Shown here: in pieces, positions 41,271-52,095 of the stretch
Layout: each line of letters starts with the position of its first letter
Numbering within the stretch: the first letter of the stretch is position 1
Translations under genes and position numbers: made by a program
NCBI GenBank assembly: GCA_965237675.1
Contig: OZ250150.1
Coordinates: forward strand, 960,001 to 1,024,000
Reading direction: 5' to 3'
Length of the DNA: 64,000 nucleotides
From: Candidatus Latescibacterota bacterium
GTDB taxonomy: Bacteria > Latescibacterota > UBA2968 > GCA-2709665
Notes under the pieces: model-generated
The model's input: only the letters and a program-made list of their open reading frames with translations
What the model was told of the DNA's origin: nothing
The model's database searches: none

Positions 41271-41307
41271 AAAAAAAGCGTGGCGCGGCAGATGCCGCGC
41301 CACGCTT
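41271..41307 (-). terminator. Intrinsic terminator of the TonB receptor gene
   Basis: Perfect stem AAGCGTGGCGCGGCA/TGCCGCGCCACGCTT followed by a U7 tract on the minus strand. Confidence 0.85.
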
Positions 41308-41326
41308 AGTCGACCCTTTGACGCGT

Positions 41327-44284
41327 TCAGAAGCGCAGGCTGACCTGGCTGAAGACGAGGCGGCCCACTTCCGGGGCGCCGATGAATGATCGGTAGGGCG
41401 TATTCAGGACGTTGCTCCCGTCGACATGGAGAACCAGATCCCTTTCGACGGGTAACCGAAAGTTCAGCGTCAAGTCAAGTACCGTATAGGCATCCACTTC
41501 GCCCACGTACACACCGGATTGCATGGGAAAGGAATCGGTGAAGCGCAACGCCCCGCCGACCCCCAGCCCCAACCGGGAGAAGTCGTACGACGCCCCGAGT
41601 TTGAACTTGTGCCGGGGCGCATTCAGCGCGATATCGCCGCTCCCCGGGACATGGGTGTATTTCAGGTTCTCGAAGATATTTTCGTTCACAAAGGAGTAGT
41701 TGCCAGTCAGCCTCCATTGCGCTGTCGGATAGTAGGCCAGGCTCAGATCCAATCCGTGGATGGTGACATCTTCATAATTGCGGTATGTCAACACCATCGC
41801 GTAGGGATCGGATGCCTGCTCGGGCGTCACCGTGCCGTATGGAATCGCGGCCGCCCCGGCCACAAAGATGGCAGTAAGTTCGTCCACCGGTGAACCGTTC
41901 CCGTTGCCCTCCAGAAGACCTGGCACGTGCACCTCGTCCACCACCTGCAAGCCCGCGGCGATTAGCGCATTGGCCGGATCGGACAGCGTCTGTTCAAATC
42001 CCCGATTCAGAGCCGCGCCCAGACTCTTCGGTTCGAGAAAGACGTTGGGGGTTTCCACCGAAACCGAGCCCACGTAATTCTCGATTCTGGACTGATACAG
42101 ATCCGCGGCCACGACGAGTTTGTCGGCCACGACGCCTTTGTAGCCGAATTCGATTGTCCTAGTAATGGCGGACTGGATGCGCGGAACGTCATAGGCCGTA
42201 ACAGGCGTGGCGCCGTCCGACTCAACAAAGAAGAACGGCTGTCGACTTTCATCGGGCTCTTCACCGAGCGGCTCCGCCTCGATGTTCAACCGGCCCATGA
42301 CATTGCGCAGACCTGTCAATCGCTCGGGTACGATACCGGGAAAGGCCTCAGCCAGTCCATTCGCAATGGCCTGGGCTTCTTCGGCACCCAGGCCCTGTTC
42401 GATCAGGATGTCGACGGCCATTTCTTTTATAGTGGGCAATAGTTGCGCCAGCACCGCCTCCCGGCCGACACCCCACATCACGTTGGTGAAGACCGGGTCG
42501 TCCAAACGCAGGTACTGATCGGCCGGCAGACCGGCTATAGCGGCAAAGGGCGAGCGGAAAAGCGGCCGGCCTCCTTCCCGCCGGAACGTGAAGCCGTAAC
42601 CGTTGTTCCGGTAGTTTCCCTGGGTCCAGAGGTCCATTGCATCGAACTCCAGGCCGCGTGCTGAAAACATCGGCGTGAAAATCTCGCTGAACCCGAAGGG
42701 GTCTCTGGCTGCCTGCAGATCGAGGTAGAGATTGTTCGACGTGGGTGTGCTGAAAGCCCGGTTGTAGGTCAAACGCCACGTCTGGGTCGGCTTTGGCTTG
42801 AACACCAGTGCGGCACGGGGCGAAAATTCAGGATCCGCAAGGCGGCTATGGTAGTCGTAGCGCAGGGCAAGTACCAGGTCAAGCATCCGGGAAAGGGAGG
42901 TTTCACTCTGCAGGTAGACGCCGAACTCGTTCAGGTCGTCGTCATCCTCGTTCCTGCCCATGATTGTACCTTCGGTATTCGGCCGCGTCATCAGCGCGTC
43001 CAGGCCGTAGGTGAATCGCTGGCGGGCGCCCAGATTCGACGTATGTTGCGCCTGGAATACCGTGAGGGCGGATTTGTCGACCACGGGAGTGCCGGTACGC
43101 AACAGAAAGGTGCCGCCCGCATCGGTCCAGTTGCGGAAGGCCTGGATAAACCAGTCGCCGTACAGCACCCGCAGCTGGGCGTAGTTGTACTGCCAGTCTA
43201 TCGTTTGCGAGGCGCCCACGGCAGTCAGCCCGACCAGGTCCGCCTTGTTGTGTCCCGCCGACAGGATGGCGGTGAAGTTGTCGGAGGCGCGCCAATCCAG
43301 ACGCGCTTCCAGGCCGAGATTCTTGGTATCGGGATCGCGGGTCTGAAGCGGCGACAAGTTCAAATCGGCGGCGATCTCCTTCTCTCGTCGCTGCCTGGCT
43401 CTTACCTCTTCCGGGTCGGTATACTCCCACTCCCTCCCCGTGTAGTACCGGGCCGAAACCTTGTAGCCCACCCGGTCCCCGACCGCGCCTGCGTGCCGAA
43501 TCGAGGCCTGGTGCAGGCTGCGCTCTCCATATCCGAAATGGGCGCTCGTACCCTGCGAGGTAAACGGGGAATGGGTAATGATATGCATGACTCCATCGGC
43601 GCTGTTGGGTCCGTACAGGGCCGATCCCGGCCCCAGGACCACCTCGATCCGTTCCACGTCGTCACTGGTAATGGGAATGAAATTCGGGGCGTTGACCCGC
43701 ACGGAGGGCACCCGGGCGAGACGGTTGTCCGTCATCATGAGCAGGGTCCCCGTGAATACACTGTTGAAGCCGCGCACCACGATGCTGCTGTTGGCCATCC
43801 CAGTCTTCGCAAAGTCCACCGCTGGCAGATTTTTGACGTGGTCGGCGACGTTCATCGACGGGTTGTTGCGGATGTCGGCCTCCTCAACCACCACGACCGA
43901 AGCGGGGGCCTCCAGGGCCCTTTCCTGCCGTCGTGAAGCGGAGACCACGCTCTGCTCCAGAAAAATGACCTGTTCCTTGAGGATCACATTCAGCGTGGTG
44001 GACCGGCCTGCCTGCACCGACACGTTTTCCCGGATTTCGGGCTTGTAGCCAATGAATGTAATCTCGATCCGGTAATTCCCCGCCGGAACGGCAAAACGGA
44101 ACCGCCCCTCGGTGCCTGCCGCGGCCCCGGTTCTCTCCGGCCGATCGTTGCCCTGAATAACGATATTGGCGCCGGACAGGGACTCCCCGCCCGCTCCTGT
44201 AACCGTCCCTTCGAGATAGCCACCGGGTTGGGCCCAAACAGTCCCGCACCCCAGCATCAACCAGCAAATTAACAACGCGCGCAC
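41327..44284 (-). CDS. TonB-dependent outer-membrane receptor with an N-terminal carboxypeptidase-regulatory-like domain
   Basis: Signal peptide, VVSASR, ERIEVVLGPGSALYG plug motif, FSPRAALVF and C-terminal Phe; GTG after GAGGGGG. Confidence 0.92.
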   Translation of the reverse strand: MRALLICWLMLGCGTVWAQPGGYLEGTVTGAGGESLSGANIVIQGNDRPERTGAAAGTEGRFRFAVPAGNYRIEITFIGYKPEIRENVSVQAGRSTTLNVILKEQVIFLEQSVVSASRRQERALEAPASVVVVEEADIRNNPSMNVADHVKNLPAVDFAKTGMANSSIVVRGFNSVFTGTLLMMTDNRLARVPSVRVNAPNFIPITSDDVERIEVVLGPGSALYGPNSADGVMHIITHSPFTSQGTSAHFGYGERSLHQASIRHAGAVGDRVGYKVSARYYTGREWEYTDPEEVRARQRREKEIAADLNLSPLQTRDPDTKNLGLEARLDWRASDNFTAILSAGHNKADLVGLTAVGASQTIDWQYNYAQLRVLYGDWFIQAFRNWTDAGGTFLLRTGTPVVDKSALTVFQAQHTSNLGARQRFTYGLDALMTRPNTEGTIMGRNEDDDDLNEFGVYLQSETSLSRMLDLVLALRYDYHSRLADPEFSPRAALVFKPKPTQTWRLTYNRAFSTPTSNNLYLDLQAARDPFGFSEIFTPMFSARGLEFDAMDLWTQGNYRNNGYGFTFRREGGRPLFRSPFAAIAGLPADQYLRLDDPVFTNVMWGVGREAVLAQLLPTIKEMAVDILIEQGLGAEEAQAIANGLAEAFPGIVPERLTGLRNVMGRLNIEAEPLGEEPDESRQPFFFVESDGATPVTAYDVPRIQSAITRTIEFGYKGVVADKLVVAADLYQSRIENYVGSVSVETPNVFLEPKSLGAALNRGFEQTLSDPANALIAAGLQVVDEVHVPGLLEGNGNGSPVDELTAIFVAGAAAIPYGTVTPEQASDPYAMVLTYRNYEDVTIHGLDLSLAYYPTAQWRLTGNYSFVNENIFENLKYTHVPGSGDIALNAPRHKFKLGASYDFSRLGLGVGGALRFTDSFPMQSGVYVGEVDAYTVLDLTLNFRLPVERDLVLHVDGSNVLNTPYRSFIGAPEVGRLVFSQVSLRF

Positions 44285-44534
44285 CGTGTTTTCCCCCTCG
44301 AACGTCCAGGGCCGAGCCCTGAATTGGCGGTTTGAGAACCAAACACTTCTAAAATGCGTCATTTATCCGATGGCTTGACGACGACTTTGGCCGTCACCCA
44401 GCGGCGTTACCGTCGAAAATCCAGTGTTCAAAGGTCGTAATCCGCCCGGTTTCCGAAATACCGGATGCATCGAATTATCCGGATAACTTGCGCCGGCCAT
44501 TGTCCGAATTTCGATATTTTATTATATATTTAAA

Positions 44535-44562
44535 GTTATATCGGAATACCCGGTCTTGTCAA
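44535..44562 (-). promoter_or_regulatory. Possible sigma70 promoter for the TonB receptor
   Basis: Minus strand TTGACA, 16 bp, TATAAC in an AT-rich divergent intergenic region. Confidence 0.45.
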
Positions 44563-44840
44563 CTTTTGAATTACCGTCGGCATTCCAGAGGTCCGTTGGC
44601 ATGTGCCAATTTACTCAAAGCAACGATCTTTAGCGCATTTGTCACTTTTTTCTATGTGGCAATTGCATTGGAATGTTTCTCCATCCGTCATTACGGACTT
44701 GGAGCGTGTCTTCAGATATCGTCAATGGCTTGCACACGGCCGTTACTGGACGCCAAAGATCGGTCGAGAGTGTGACTATGACGATATCTATTCACTTGCT
44801 GAATCGGTATATAACGGATTCCCTTTCGAGGTATGAACCA

Positions 44841-45632
44841 ATGTATACGAAGAATACGTTGTTTTTCATCATATTTACCCTGGCATTTGCCGCCTGTAAT
44901 GATGCGGTCGGACCGCGTTATATTGAGATAATTGAAGTCACGGTGGGTCCGACCCTGGCCAGATGCTACGGCGTCGGCGAACGGACCTGCATGGTGGTTG
45001 ATGGCTATTTGTTTTACGATGGGATCGATGGCTTCAACTTCGAACCCGGCTACACCTACCGCCTGCGCATCGGGAAATACGACCCCTGGAATGGAGAAGA
45101 ACCACCCCAGGATGCAAGCCGATACGCCTATCGCCTGCTGGAACAACTGGAAAAAACCCGTGCGCCATCCACGCCAGCGACATTGTCCGTGGGGCCGACT
45201 CGGGTGAAATGCTTAAATACCGATGACTTCTGTCTGCTGGTTGACGGTGCGCCATACGACGATATCATCACGAACTTTGAATACGAGGCAGGATATCACT
45301 ATACATTAATTGTAAACAAATATAGCGATGGCCGCTACCTGCTGAACGAAAGCTACACGAAGACCGAGGCAACGGGTACGGACGAGGAAGTCATCGTCGT
45401 GGGACCGCACCGGGTCAAATGCGACGACAACTATCCTGTATACTGCAACGTCGTCAATGGAGCCGCGTTCCGAAGTGAAATCGTGAATTTCCAGCCCGCG
45501 CACGACTACAGCTACCGTTTGCGGGTGGTACGATTCAGCATGTTTACCGGCGGAGTCGCCGCGTCGTCACCGGATGTTCCGACCTTCGGCTACCGCTGGT
45601 TGGAAACGCTCGAGCGAAGTCCTGGCAACTGA
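44841..45632 (+). CDS. Lipoprotein with three tandem DUF4377-like repeats
   Basis: Lipobox LAFAA-C; three repeats of VGP..x.C...C.VV.G....I.(G/N)F.(F/Y)E.GY.Y.L; also PPQDAS..AYRL. Confidence 0.7.
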   Translation: MYTKNTLFFIIFTLAFAACNDAVGPRYIEIIEVTVGPTLARCYGVGERTCMVVDGYLFYDGIDGFNFEPGYTYRLRIGKYDPWNGEEPPQDASRYAYRLLEQLEKTRAPSTPATLSVGPTRVKCLNTDDFCLLVDGAPYDDIITNFEYEAGYHYTLIVNKYSDGRYLLNESYTKTEATGTDEEVIVVGPHRVKCDDNYPVYCNVVNGAAFRSEIVNFQPAHDYSYRLRVVRFSMFTGGVAASSPDVPTFGYRWLETLERSPGN

Positions 45633-45820
45633 ACTTCGGACCGGGCGCCTTCGCGCTGGGTCTGGAGGGGCCGGTCGCTTTACGAATGCGAGCCCGTGTT
45701 GCGGGCGGTTCCGGATCGTTGCGACGGGCTCCTTTCCAGCGCCGCCGCCACTGGATTTAACGAGGGGGTTGCCCACGCCGGGAGTTCCAAAACAACAATC
45801 AGGCCGCGCCGCGACAGAAC

Positions 45821-46588
45821 TCAGAGAAGGGCTTCGACGTATCGGCGCGCGGAAATGGCGGCCGGCAAGGGCTCATCCCAGTCGACGGCCGCAAGTTCAA
45901 CCACGAGCGGGCCATCGTAGCGGCAGTCCGCCAACAGTTTCAGCAACTCCGAAAACGGCAGTTCTCCCTCGCCGAAGGGCACGGGCCTCTCGCCCCTCTG
46001 GTCGCGCAGATGGACGAGACCGATGCGCCCGGCGAGAGCCTCGGCAAAGGGCATGATTGATTCGCCCGCCGAAAGCAGATGGCCGGTGTCTACGAGAACG
46101 CGCGCCCGTTCCGGCAACTCGGGCATCACCGCCTGGTAGTCGGCCAGCCCCTGGAGGCGGTTCCCCGCCCGATTGCCCAGGTTGAGGACAATATCGGGAA
46201 TGTTTACCAGGAGGGTATTGACGCCGTCGATGAGATCGGCGAGCGCTTCGGATGTGCGGTCGCCTCCACTCGTATTCAGGGTCTTCACGCCAAGGGCGCG
46301 GCCCAGGTGGATGTCCCATTCGAGTTGGCGCAGGTTGTAGGCGAGGTTTCGCTCGTCGGAGTCTGCCTTCCGGCCTGTGAGATTGCGAATGTTGAAGCCG
46401 GAAAGCTGCATACCGGCGCATGCAATGGCGGAACGGACCATCGGCACGGACCAGTCGCGGTGGACGGGGGTGCTCTGTGTGCAGGCGCGGAAGAGCTCCA
46501 CGCGGGAGAATCCGGCCGCCCGGGCCAGATCCAGAACTTCGGGCAGGTGCAGGTCCGGACAGAGCGTCGGGCTGAAGACGAGGTGCAT
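45821..46588 (-). CDS. Sugar phosphate isomerase/epimerase (xylose isomerase-like TIM barrel)
   Basis: AGFSRVEL, LVDTGHL, VHLRD, PFGEGELPF and YDGPLVVEL; start overlaps the upstream stop (TGATG). Confidence 0.8.
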   Translation of the reverse strand: MHLVFSPTLCPDLHLPEVLDLARAAGFSRVELFRACTQSTPVHRDWSVPMVRSAIACAGMQLSGFNIRNLTGRKADSDERNLAYNLRQLEWDIHLGRALGVKTLNTSGGDRTSEALADLIDGVNTLLVNIPDIVLNLGNRAGNRLQGLADYQAVMPELPERARVLVDTGHLLSAGESIMPFAEALAGRIGLVHLRDQRGERPVPFGEGELPFSELLKLLADCRYDGPLVVELAAVDWDEPLPAAISARRYVEALL

Positions 46589-47340
46589 CAGCTGATCCCC
46601 TCCCAACGAACCCATGGGTCGTCGCAGGTCTCAAAGCGGATATCGTCGGCGTCCTTGCGTGAGAAGCGACCAATCAGAGCCATGCGGATATTGCGATTGA
46701 CGTTTTTGGATCCCGTGTGAAAGAGTTGGCTGTGCCAGAAGATGGCATCGCCGGCCCTGCCGGTAAATTCGTGTCCTTCCGGAAACGTCCCTTCGGGATA
46801 AACATCGCTGGAAACGCCGCCGCGGACCGACAGCAGCGAGTGCGTCGTGAAGTGCTCGTATGACACATTGTGGCTGCCGGGCCAATAGGTGAAACTGCCG
46901 CCCCGCGAGGCGATGTCCTCCACGTAGATCGTGACGTTGATGGTCATGTAACCGACCGTTCCTTCGGGCACGCCGTTGGTTGGGGTGTAGTACCCGTCGA
47001 GATGGCCGCGTTCCGGCAGCGACCATGTCTTGTCTCCGGATGGGTAAACCAGCGCAGGACCCGCGCTTCCGGGATTGAGGCGACCCGTGCCCACCATTTC
47101 CTCCATCATTGCGAAGAGCGGCGACTCGTGAACGGCGGCCCGGATGGCGGGATGGTGTGCGGGCACCGGGGTGCGCGGACCTGCGTCGATCCAGGTTGCC
47201 GGATCGTCGCGGTCGGCCTCAATGCCGCTCCAGAGGGCGTCCTGGGCGGCGCGAACTTGAGCGGACGTAAGCGCGCCGCGAACGATGAGACAGCCGTTTT
47301 CCTTAAAGAAACGCTTGTCTGCGGCAGAGAGATGAGGCAT
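46588..47340 (-). CDS. Phytanoyl-CoA dioxygenase (PhyH) family Fe(II)/2OG dioxygenase
   Basis: FFKENG, HxD (GHLDG), WPGSH, AGDAIFWH..LFH and distal Arg. Confidence 0.85.
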   Translation of the reverse strand: MPHLSAADKRFFKENGCLIVRGALTSAQVRAAQDALWSGIEADRDDPATWIDAGPRTPVPAHHPAIRAAVHESPLFAMMEEMVGTGRLNPGSAGPALVYPSGDKTWSLPERGHLDGYYTPTNGVPEGTVGYMTINVTIYVEDIASRGGSFTYWPGSHNVSYEHFTTHSLLSVRGGVSSDVYPEGTFPEGHEFTGRAGDAIFWHSQLFHTGSKNVNRNIRMALIGRFSRKDADDIRFETCDDPWVRWEGIS

Positions 47341-47571
47341 GGCGTGTACCTCTTGACTTGGTTTACGTCGTATGTATTGCGTGGTCTGAATGGCCAATAT
47401 AGCCAAAAGGCTTTCCTGAGAAACGGGTTTTTTCTCGGCATTCTGACCGGGCGGAACGGTGGGCATCGTGTCGGAACACCGATTTGCTCACAATAACGGA
47501 TTGACTTGACGCGAGACGATCGCTATCTTTCCGTTCCGCTTCAACCATCCACACGACGAAAGGTCATGCAC

Positions 47572-47817
47572 ATGGCGTCAACGGATGAACGTATCAGCAT
47601 GCTCGTCGCGGATAAACTCGAAGTGGATGGGTAGCCGATAGCGCTGCCGGCGGATCTGAATATCAGCCTCCTTGATGTGGGCGTATCCTTTTTCGATCTC
47701 GTTTCGTTCGCAAGACTCGCCTCACAGGAGTTCAATGTTACGTTTGCTCCCGAAGACTGTGCGAACCTTAACACAGTCAAGAGCTTGATCGAACACATCG
47801 ATTCCCGGTCCGGCTGA
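47572..47817 (+). pseudogene. Acyl carrier protein-like gene with an in-frame TAG at codon 21
   Basis: MASTDERISMLVADKLEVDG*PIALPADLNISLLDVGVSFFDLVSFARLASQEFNVTFAPEDCANLNTVKSLIEHIDSRSG: ACP size and pattern, RBS AAAGG; absent from the ORF track. Confidence 0.7.
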
Positions 47818-47978
47818 ATCTCGCTGAAGCCCTGCCAATCCACTGCACGGGTGGAGATGTCGTCGGTCCCGTTCGGGATCTTTCTTCCCGGAGTGCAAAG
47901 TGCTGCCCTGGCGAAACACCAGGTATCCCAACACGAGCGACATGCCTTAAGAATCATCCACCGGATTGGACCATCCCC

Positions 47979-48557
47979 GTGCGCCGACCCGACCTCCGCC
48001 AATTTCAGACGGTTCTCATTTCTGCCCTGCAGCTACTCATCTGCGCTGGCGTGGTCGCGTCGACGCCTGCCGGTACCGCGACACAGGAAGGACGCGATGG
48101 TAACACCCCGTCGTGGTCCACGACGCTGAAGATAATCCGCGCAGGGTATCCGACTGTCGCGCAGATTTCGACCGCTACGCTGCAGTCATGGCTCGACAAA
48201 TCTCCGAACCGGGAAAGCCTCCTGTTGTTCGACGTACGAGCGCCCGAGGAATATGCAGTCAGCCACCTGCCCGGCGCCCGGCCAGCCCGCTCGAGAGACG
48301 AGGCGCTGAGAGCGCTCCAGGGCGTATCCTCGAACCAGCGTATCGTCTTGTACTGTTCCGTCGGGTACCGCTCTTCGGAACTTGCCCGGTTTCTGGGGAA
48401 AAAGGGATATACAGAGGTCTACAATCTGGAGGGATCGATTTTTTCGTGGGCCAACGAGGGGCGACCGGTCTTCCGGGGAAAAGAACGGGTTAACGTCGTC
48501 CATCGCTATGACAGACATTGGGGTAGATTGTTGAAAAAATCGCTGCGCTATCCGTAA
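47979..48557 (+). CDS. Secreted rhodanese-like domain protein
   Basis: LFDVRAPEEYAVSHLPGA, YCSVGYRS and VYNLEGSIFSWANEG; signal-like N-terminus. Confidence 0.88.
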   Translation: MRRPDLRQFQTVLISALQLLICAGVVASTPAGTATQEGRDGNTPSWSTTLKIIRAGYPTVAQISTATLQSWLDKSPNRESLLLFDVRAPEEYAVSHLPGARPARSRDEALRALQGVSSNQRIVLYCSVGYRSSELARFLGKKGYTEVYNLEGSIFSWANEGRPVFRGKERVNVVHRYDRHWGRLLKKSLRYP

Positions 48558-48664
48558 GAAACGTCTTCGGCCTTCGGGTACCCGGTGGCTTACACTGTGC
48601 TGCGCCCATCAGACCCGATACAAGCCATCAGACAAACTCATATAGGATAGTCAATAGACCACTA

Positions 48665-49348
48665 GTGAAACTGATCGTTACAAACGACGATGGCATCGAG
48701 GCGGAAGGTCTCAATACGCTGGTTCGTCTGGCATCGCGGTGGGGCGAGGTCATCGTAACCGCGCCGGCGGAGCCTCAGTCTGGCGTTGGACATCGTTTGA
48801 CAACCGACAGGCCCATTCGGGTGGAGAAACTGACGGAAGCGCGTTACCGGATATGGGGCACACCCGTAGACTGTACACGCCTGGCCCTGAGTCGCCTGGC
48901 ATCCGACGGCGACTGGGTACTCTCGGGTATCAATGACGGAGGCAATCTTGGGGTGGATGTTTACGAATCCGGTACCGTAGCGGCGGCCCGCGAGGCGGCT
49001 ATTCACGGGTGTAAGGCCATCGCCCTGTCCCACTATACCGTGAAGGACCGGCCGATCGACTGGCGACTGGCCGCCGAACGGCTCCAACCGGTTCTGGACA
49101 GTGTACTGAATGAGACATTTGAAGCAGGATGTTTTCTCAACGTGAATCTGCCCCATCCTGAACACGACAGGGTTCGTCTGGAAACAAGGCACGCCCCTGT
49201 GGACACGAGCCCTCACCTGAACACGTTCTCGCGAATCGATAACGGCTTTCAGTACACGGGCGTTTATCAAGACCGCCCGCGACAACCCGGCAGCGACATT
49301 GAAGCCTGTTTCAATGGACGTATCTCGCTATCCAGGATTCCCGTCTGA
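48665..49348 (+). CDS. surE: 5'/3'-nucleotidase SurE
   Basis: VTNDDG, AP..PQSGVG, GTPVDC, SGINDGGNLG.DV..SGTVAAA.E and LNVNLP. Confidence 0.93.
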   Translation: MKLIVTNDDGIEAEGLNTLVRLASRWGEVIVTAPAEPQSGVGHRLTTDRPIRVEKLTEARYRIWGTPVDCTRLALSRLASDGDWVLSGINDGGNLGVDVYESGTVAAAREAAIHGCKAIALSHYTVKDRPIDWRLAAERLQPVLDSVLNETFEAGCFLNVNLPHPEHDRVRLETRHAPVDTSPHLNTFSRIDNGFQYTGVYQDRPRQPGSDIEACFNGRISLSRIPV

Positions 49349-49454
49349 CTGGATGGCATCTTCTGTACGGGTTCGCTCAGACAACTGCCAATTCATTGAA
49401 TGGGTCTCCACGATAATCGATTCAGAAAATCGCGGACCCAACCCGGGAGGCCCT

Positions 49455-50297
49455 ATGCCCCAACATTCCAAATCGAGCATCGGACTCGACAATCCCTGGT
49501 ACCCCGAAGGAGGTCCCGGACGGCACCTCAAAGCCCGTCTCAAGCGAGGGAACGTGTTGATCGGCGCGACGCTGGAAGCGTATGCCCATCCTTCCCTCAT
49601 CAAGTTGTTCCAGCACGCCGGTTTCGACTTCGTCTACATCGAGTACGAGCACAGCCTCTTCGACCTGCAGGACCTGACCGACACCATCCTCTCCGCCCGC
49701 GACAACGGTTTGCCCGTCATTGCCAAGACGCCCCAACTGGAACGGCAGGAGGTCTCGAAGTTGCTGGAAGCAGGAGTGGTGGGAATTCAGCTTCCCAGAA
49801 CGGAAACCCGGGAGCAGGTTCAGCGCCTGATGAGCTACCTGAAATTTCCCCCGGCGGGAACCCGGGCCGTGGCGCCGGGTTGGGGAAACAGCGACTACAG
49901 GGCAGTCACGGACTGGAAGGGCTGGATGGACGAACAGGACCAGGAGACCACGCTGGTAGTGCATCTGGAAACGGTGAGGGGTTATCGGAACGCTGAGGAG
50001 ATTCTGAGCCCGCCCGGGGTCGACATGTGCTTCGTGGGACCGGGAGACACCTCTATTGAGTTCGGACACCCCGGCGACTTCGATCACCCTGAGGTGCGAG
50101 GTCCGATGGAAGCGGTTTTGAAACTCTGCGAAAAGTACGGCGTGGCCTTCGGCACCATGCCCCCGAGTGGTGTCGCCGCGGGCAAGTGGGCCCGTAAGGG
50201 TGCCACCTTCTTCGAAGTCGAGTCGGAATTGGGGTTCATCCGCGCGGGAGCCACCGCTTTGCTGGACGACTACCGGAGACACCGCGACACAGAATAG
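49455..50297 (+). CDS. HpcH/HpaI aldolase family protein
   Basis: AGFDFVYIEYEH, LEAG..GI..P, KFPP.GTR, HLET and FVGPGD; RBS GGAGG. Confidence 0.88.
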   Translation: MPQHSKSSIGLDNPWYPEGGPGRHLKARLKRGNVLIGATLEAYAHPSLIKLFQHAGFDFVYIEYEHSLFDLQDLTDTILSARDNGLPVIAKTPQLERQEVSKLLEAGVVGIQLPRTETREQVQRLMSYLKFPPAGTRAVAPGWGNSDYRAVTDWKGWMDEQDQETTLVVHLETVRGYRNAEEILSPPGVDMCFVGPGDTSIEFGHPGDFDHPEVRGPMEAVLKLCEKYGVAFGTMPPSGVAAGKWARKGATFFEVESELGFIRAGATALLDDYRRHRDTE

Positions 50298-50881
50298 GGA
50301 ACCGCCCTCCCCTGGACGCTCAGCAAATGCATAGTTATCCCGCACTACGAATTTCGTGCATCTCGGGCTGACCCCATCACGGCCTCGCCCTCTGTACGCG
50401 CAACGACTATCAGGCGCGGCGCCTTTTCCGCAGGATATTCGTTATCCGGCTCCAACAGGCTCGCCAGCGTCTCCTCACCCGCGGAGCGCAGCCGCTCGGT
50501 CGCGCCGGCGTTGTTCCGCCTGAGAGTTCTGTCCATCCATGACTCGGATCTGCTCGACAATCCGCAACAAAAAAGCCCCTCTAAAATCCCAAGCGAGTCG
50601 CCCGCATACCCGCCGCTATTACGCTCGCGTTCCCCGCGTAAATCGGAATTTTAAAAAGGCTTCTTTGAGTTCAACGGCCGCCTGTTCCGACCTTACAATT
50701 CAACTTCCCGGACACATTCCCCGCACGACCATGCTTGTGGTGGCTGGATGATGGCTCCCTGATCTTTTCCCAGGCATCCGGCAGGATCGGAACAATCGTT
50801 ATTGCTTCTTATCGGCCACTTCATTGAGCGTACCTTCGGCCAGGGTGAACAGCCCCGCCAGAATCTGTTTGTGCCTCAGAC

Positions 50882-51052
50882 TCAATTCCGCAACTGTGCT
50901 TCCACAGGGCGTCCCGTATCCTGGCGACTGCTTCCTCGCGCGTCTTGAGAAGAGAGGGTACAGTTGTTCCTGAATTCGTATTTCTCGACCGTGAATTCGG
51001 CAATGTCCGATATGTTGTCTCCAAAGATATCCATATCGACCGAGTTTTTCAT
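50882..51052 (-). pseudogene. Frameshifted fragment of a small hypothetical gene
   Basis: MKNSVDMDIFGDNISDIAEFTVEKYEFRNNCTLS appears to continue in another frame as REEAVARIRDALW. Confidence 0.3.
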
Positions 51053-51363
51053 CGATCCGATTTTTTCTCTATTATCGCTCATCTCTAAGCTCCTGTGCGG
51101 TAGGGTACGGTGCTTTCTGCCGGTTAAACAGAGCACACACAGACAAAAGTTACAGCTCAAGTAACATCCACTGGCTGAATCGAGACCGCGCTTTCGCTCT
51201 CCGGTTGACAAATGCGAAACAATGACGCACGTGACGATACCCATAACTCCGTATTGACTATTATAAAGGAATTTTGGGTAAGAACAACCCCGCATACATT
51301 AAAACCCTGTTCGAAGCGACGGCGCCCGGAGGATACGCTGTCTCAACCGAGCAGCCACTTTCA

Positions 51364-52095
51364 TTACCGCCAGTCTGCGTGTGCCAGTGGCGCACGGTTG
51401 AGTTCGTCCCTATGATAGCGCCACAGTGGCATAAACCTGTCCATCAGCTTCCAAAATCGAACGTTGTGACGGCGCTCAATCAAGTGCACCATCTCATGTA
51501 CAACGACGTAATCAAGGCAGGGTGGGGGTTTCTTTGCCAGTTCGAGATTCAGCCAGATTCGGCGGGCAACCGGGTTGCAGGTTCCCCAACGGGTCTTCAT
51601 CTTTCTGATGCGAACCTCATTGACCCGCACACCCACTTCGGGCTCCCATTTCGCAACAAGGCCGGGTAGACGATCACGGAGATGGCGTCGGTACCATCGA
51701 TCCAGTACGGCCTCTCTGATATTCCGCTCGGCGCCCGGTCGAACGCATATTGCCATCGTAGACTTATTAAGGAGATGAACCACAGGTGGACCGTCCCGTT
51801 CCGTTACATCGAGCCGGTAGCGCCGGCCCTCGAAATAATGGCTTTCACCTGTCGCGAATTCCCGCTGGGACTGGCGACCCTGCTGCTGGAATTTCGCCTT
51901 TTGGCGACCAATCCAGCCGAGGCGGGAAATGACAGCCATGCGCACCGCGTCGTCATCAAGGCGGAGCGGAGCGGCCACTCTTACCCGACCGTTCGGCGGG
52001 TAAACCCCTATGTGGAGGTTCTTGATGTCCTTGTGGACGACGTCTACCGCAGTCCCCCGTACCTCGATGCTGTAGGTTTTCCTCTCAGTATTCAC
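51364..52095 (-). CDS. M48/SprT-like (DUF45, YgjP-like) metallopeptidase associated with type I R-M
   Basis: MKTRWGTC, IWLNLEL and YVVVHEMVHL...H; overlaps the hsdR stop. Confidence 0.9.
   Translation of the reverse strand: MNTERKTYSIEVRGTAVDVVHKDIKNLHIGVYPPNGRVRVAAPLRLDDDAVRMAVISRLGWIGRQKAKFQQQGRQSQREFATGESHYFEGRRYRLDVTERDGPPVVHLLNKSTMAICVRPGAERNIREAVLDRWYRRHLRDRLPGLVAKWEPEVGVRVNEVRIRKMKTRWGTCNPVARRIWLNLELAKKPPPCLDYVVVHEMVHLIERRHNVRFWKLMDRFMPLWRYHRDELNRAPLAHADWR

Noticed and set aside
50345-50560. 71-aa ORF downstream of the aldolase
   Set aside because: No recognisable motif or RBS; possibly a gene remnant, but unsupported.
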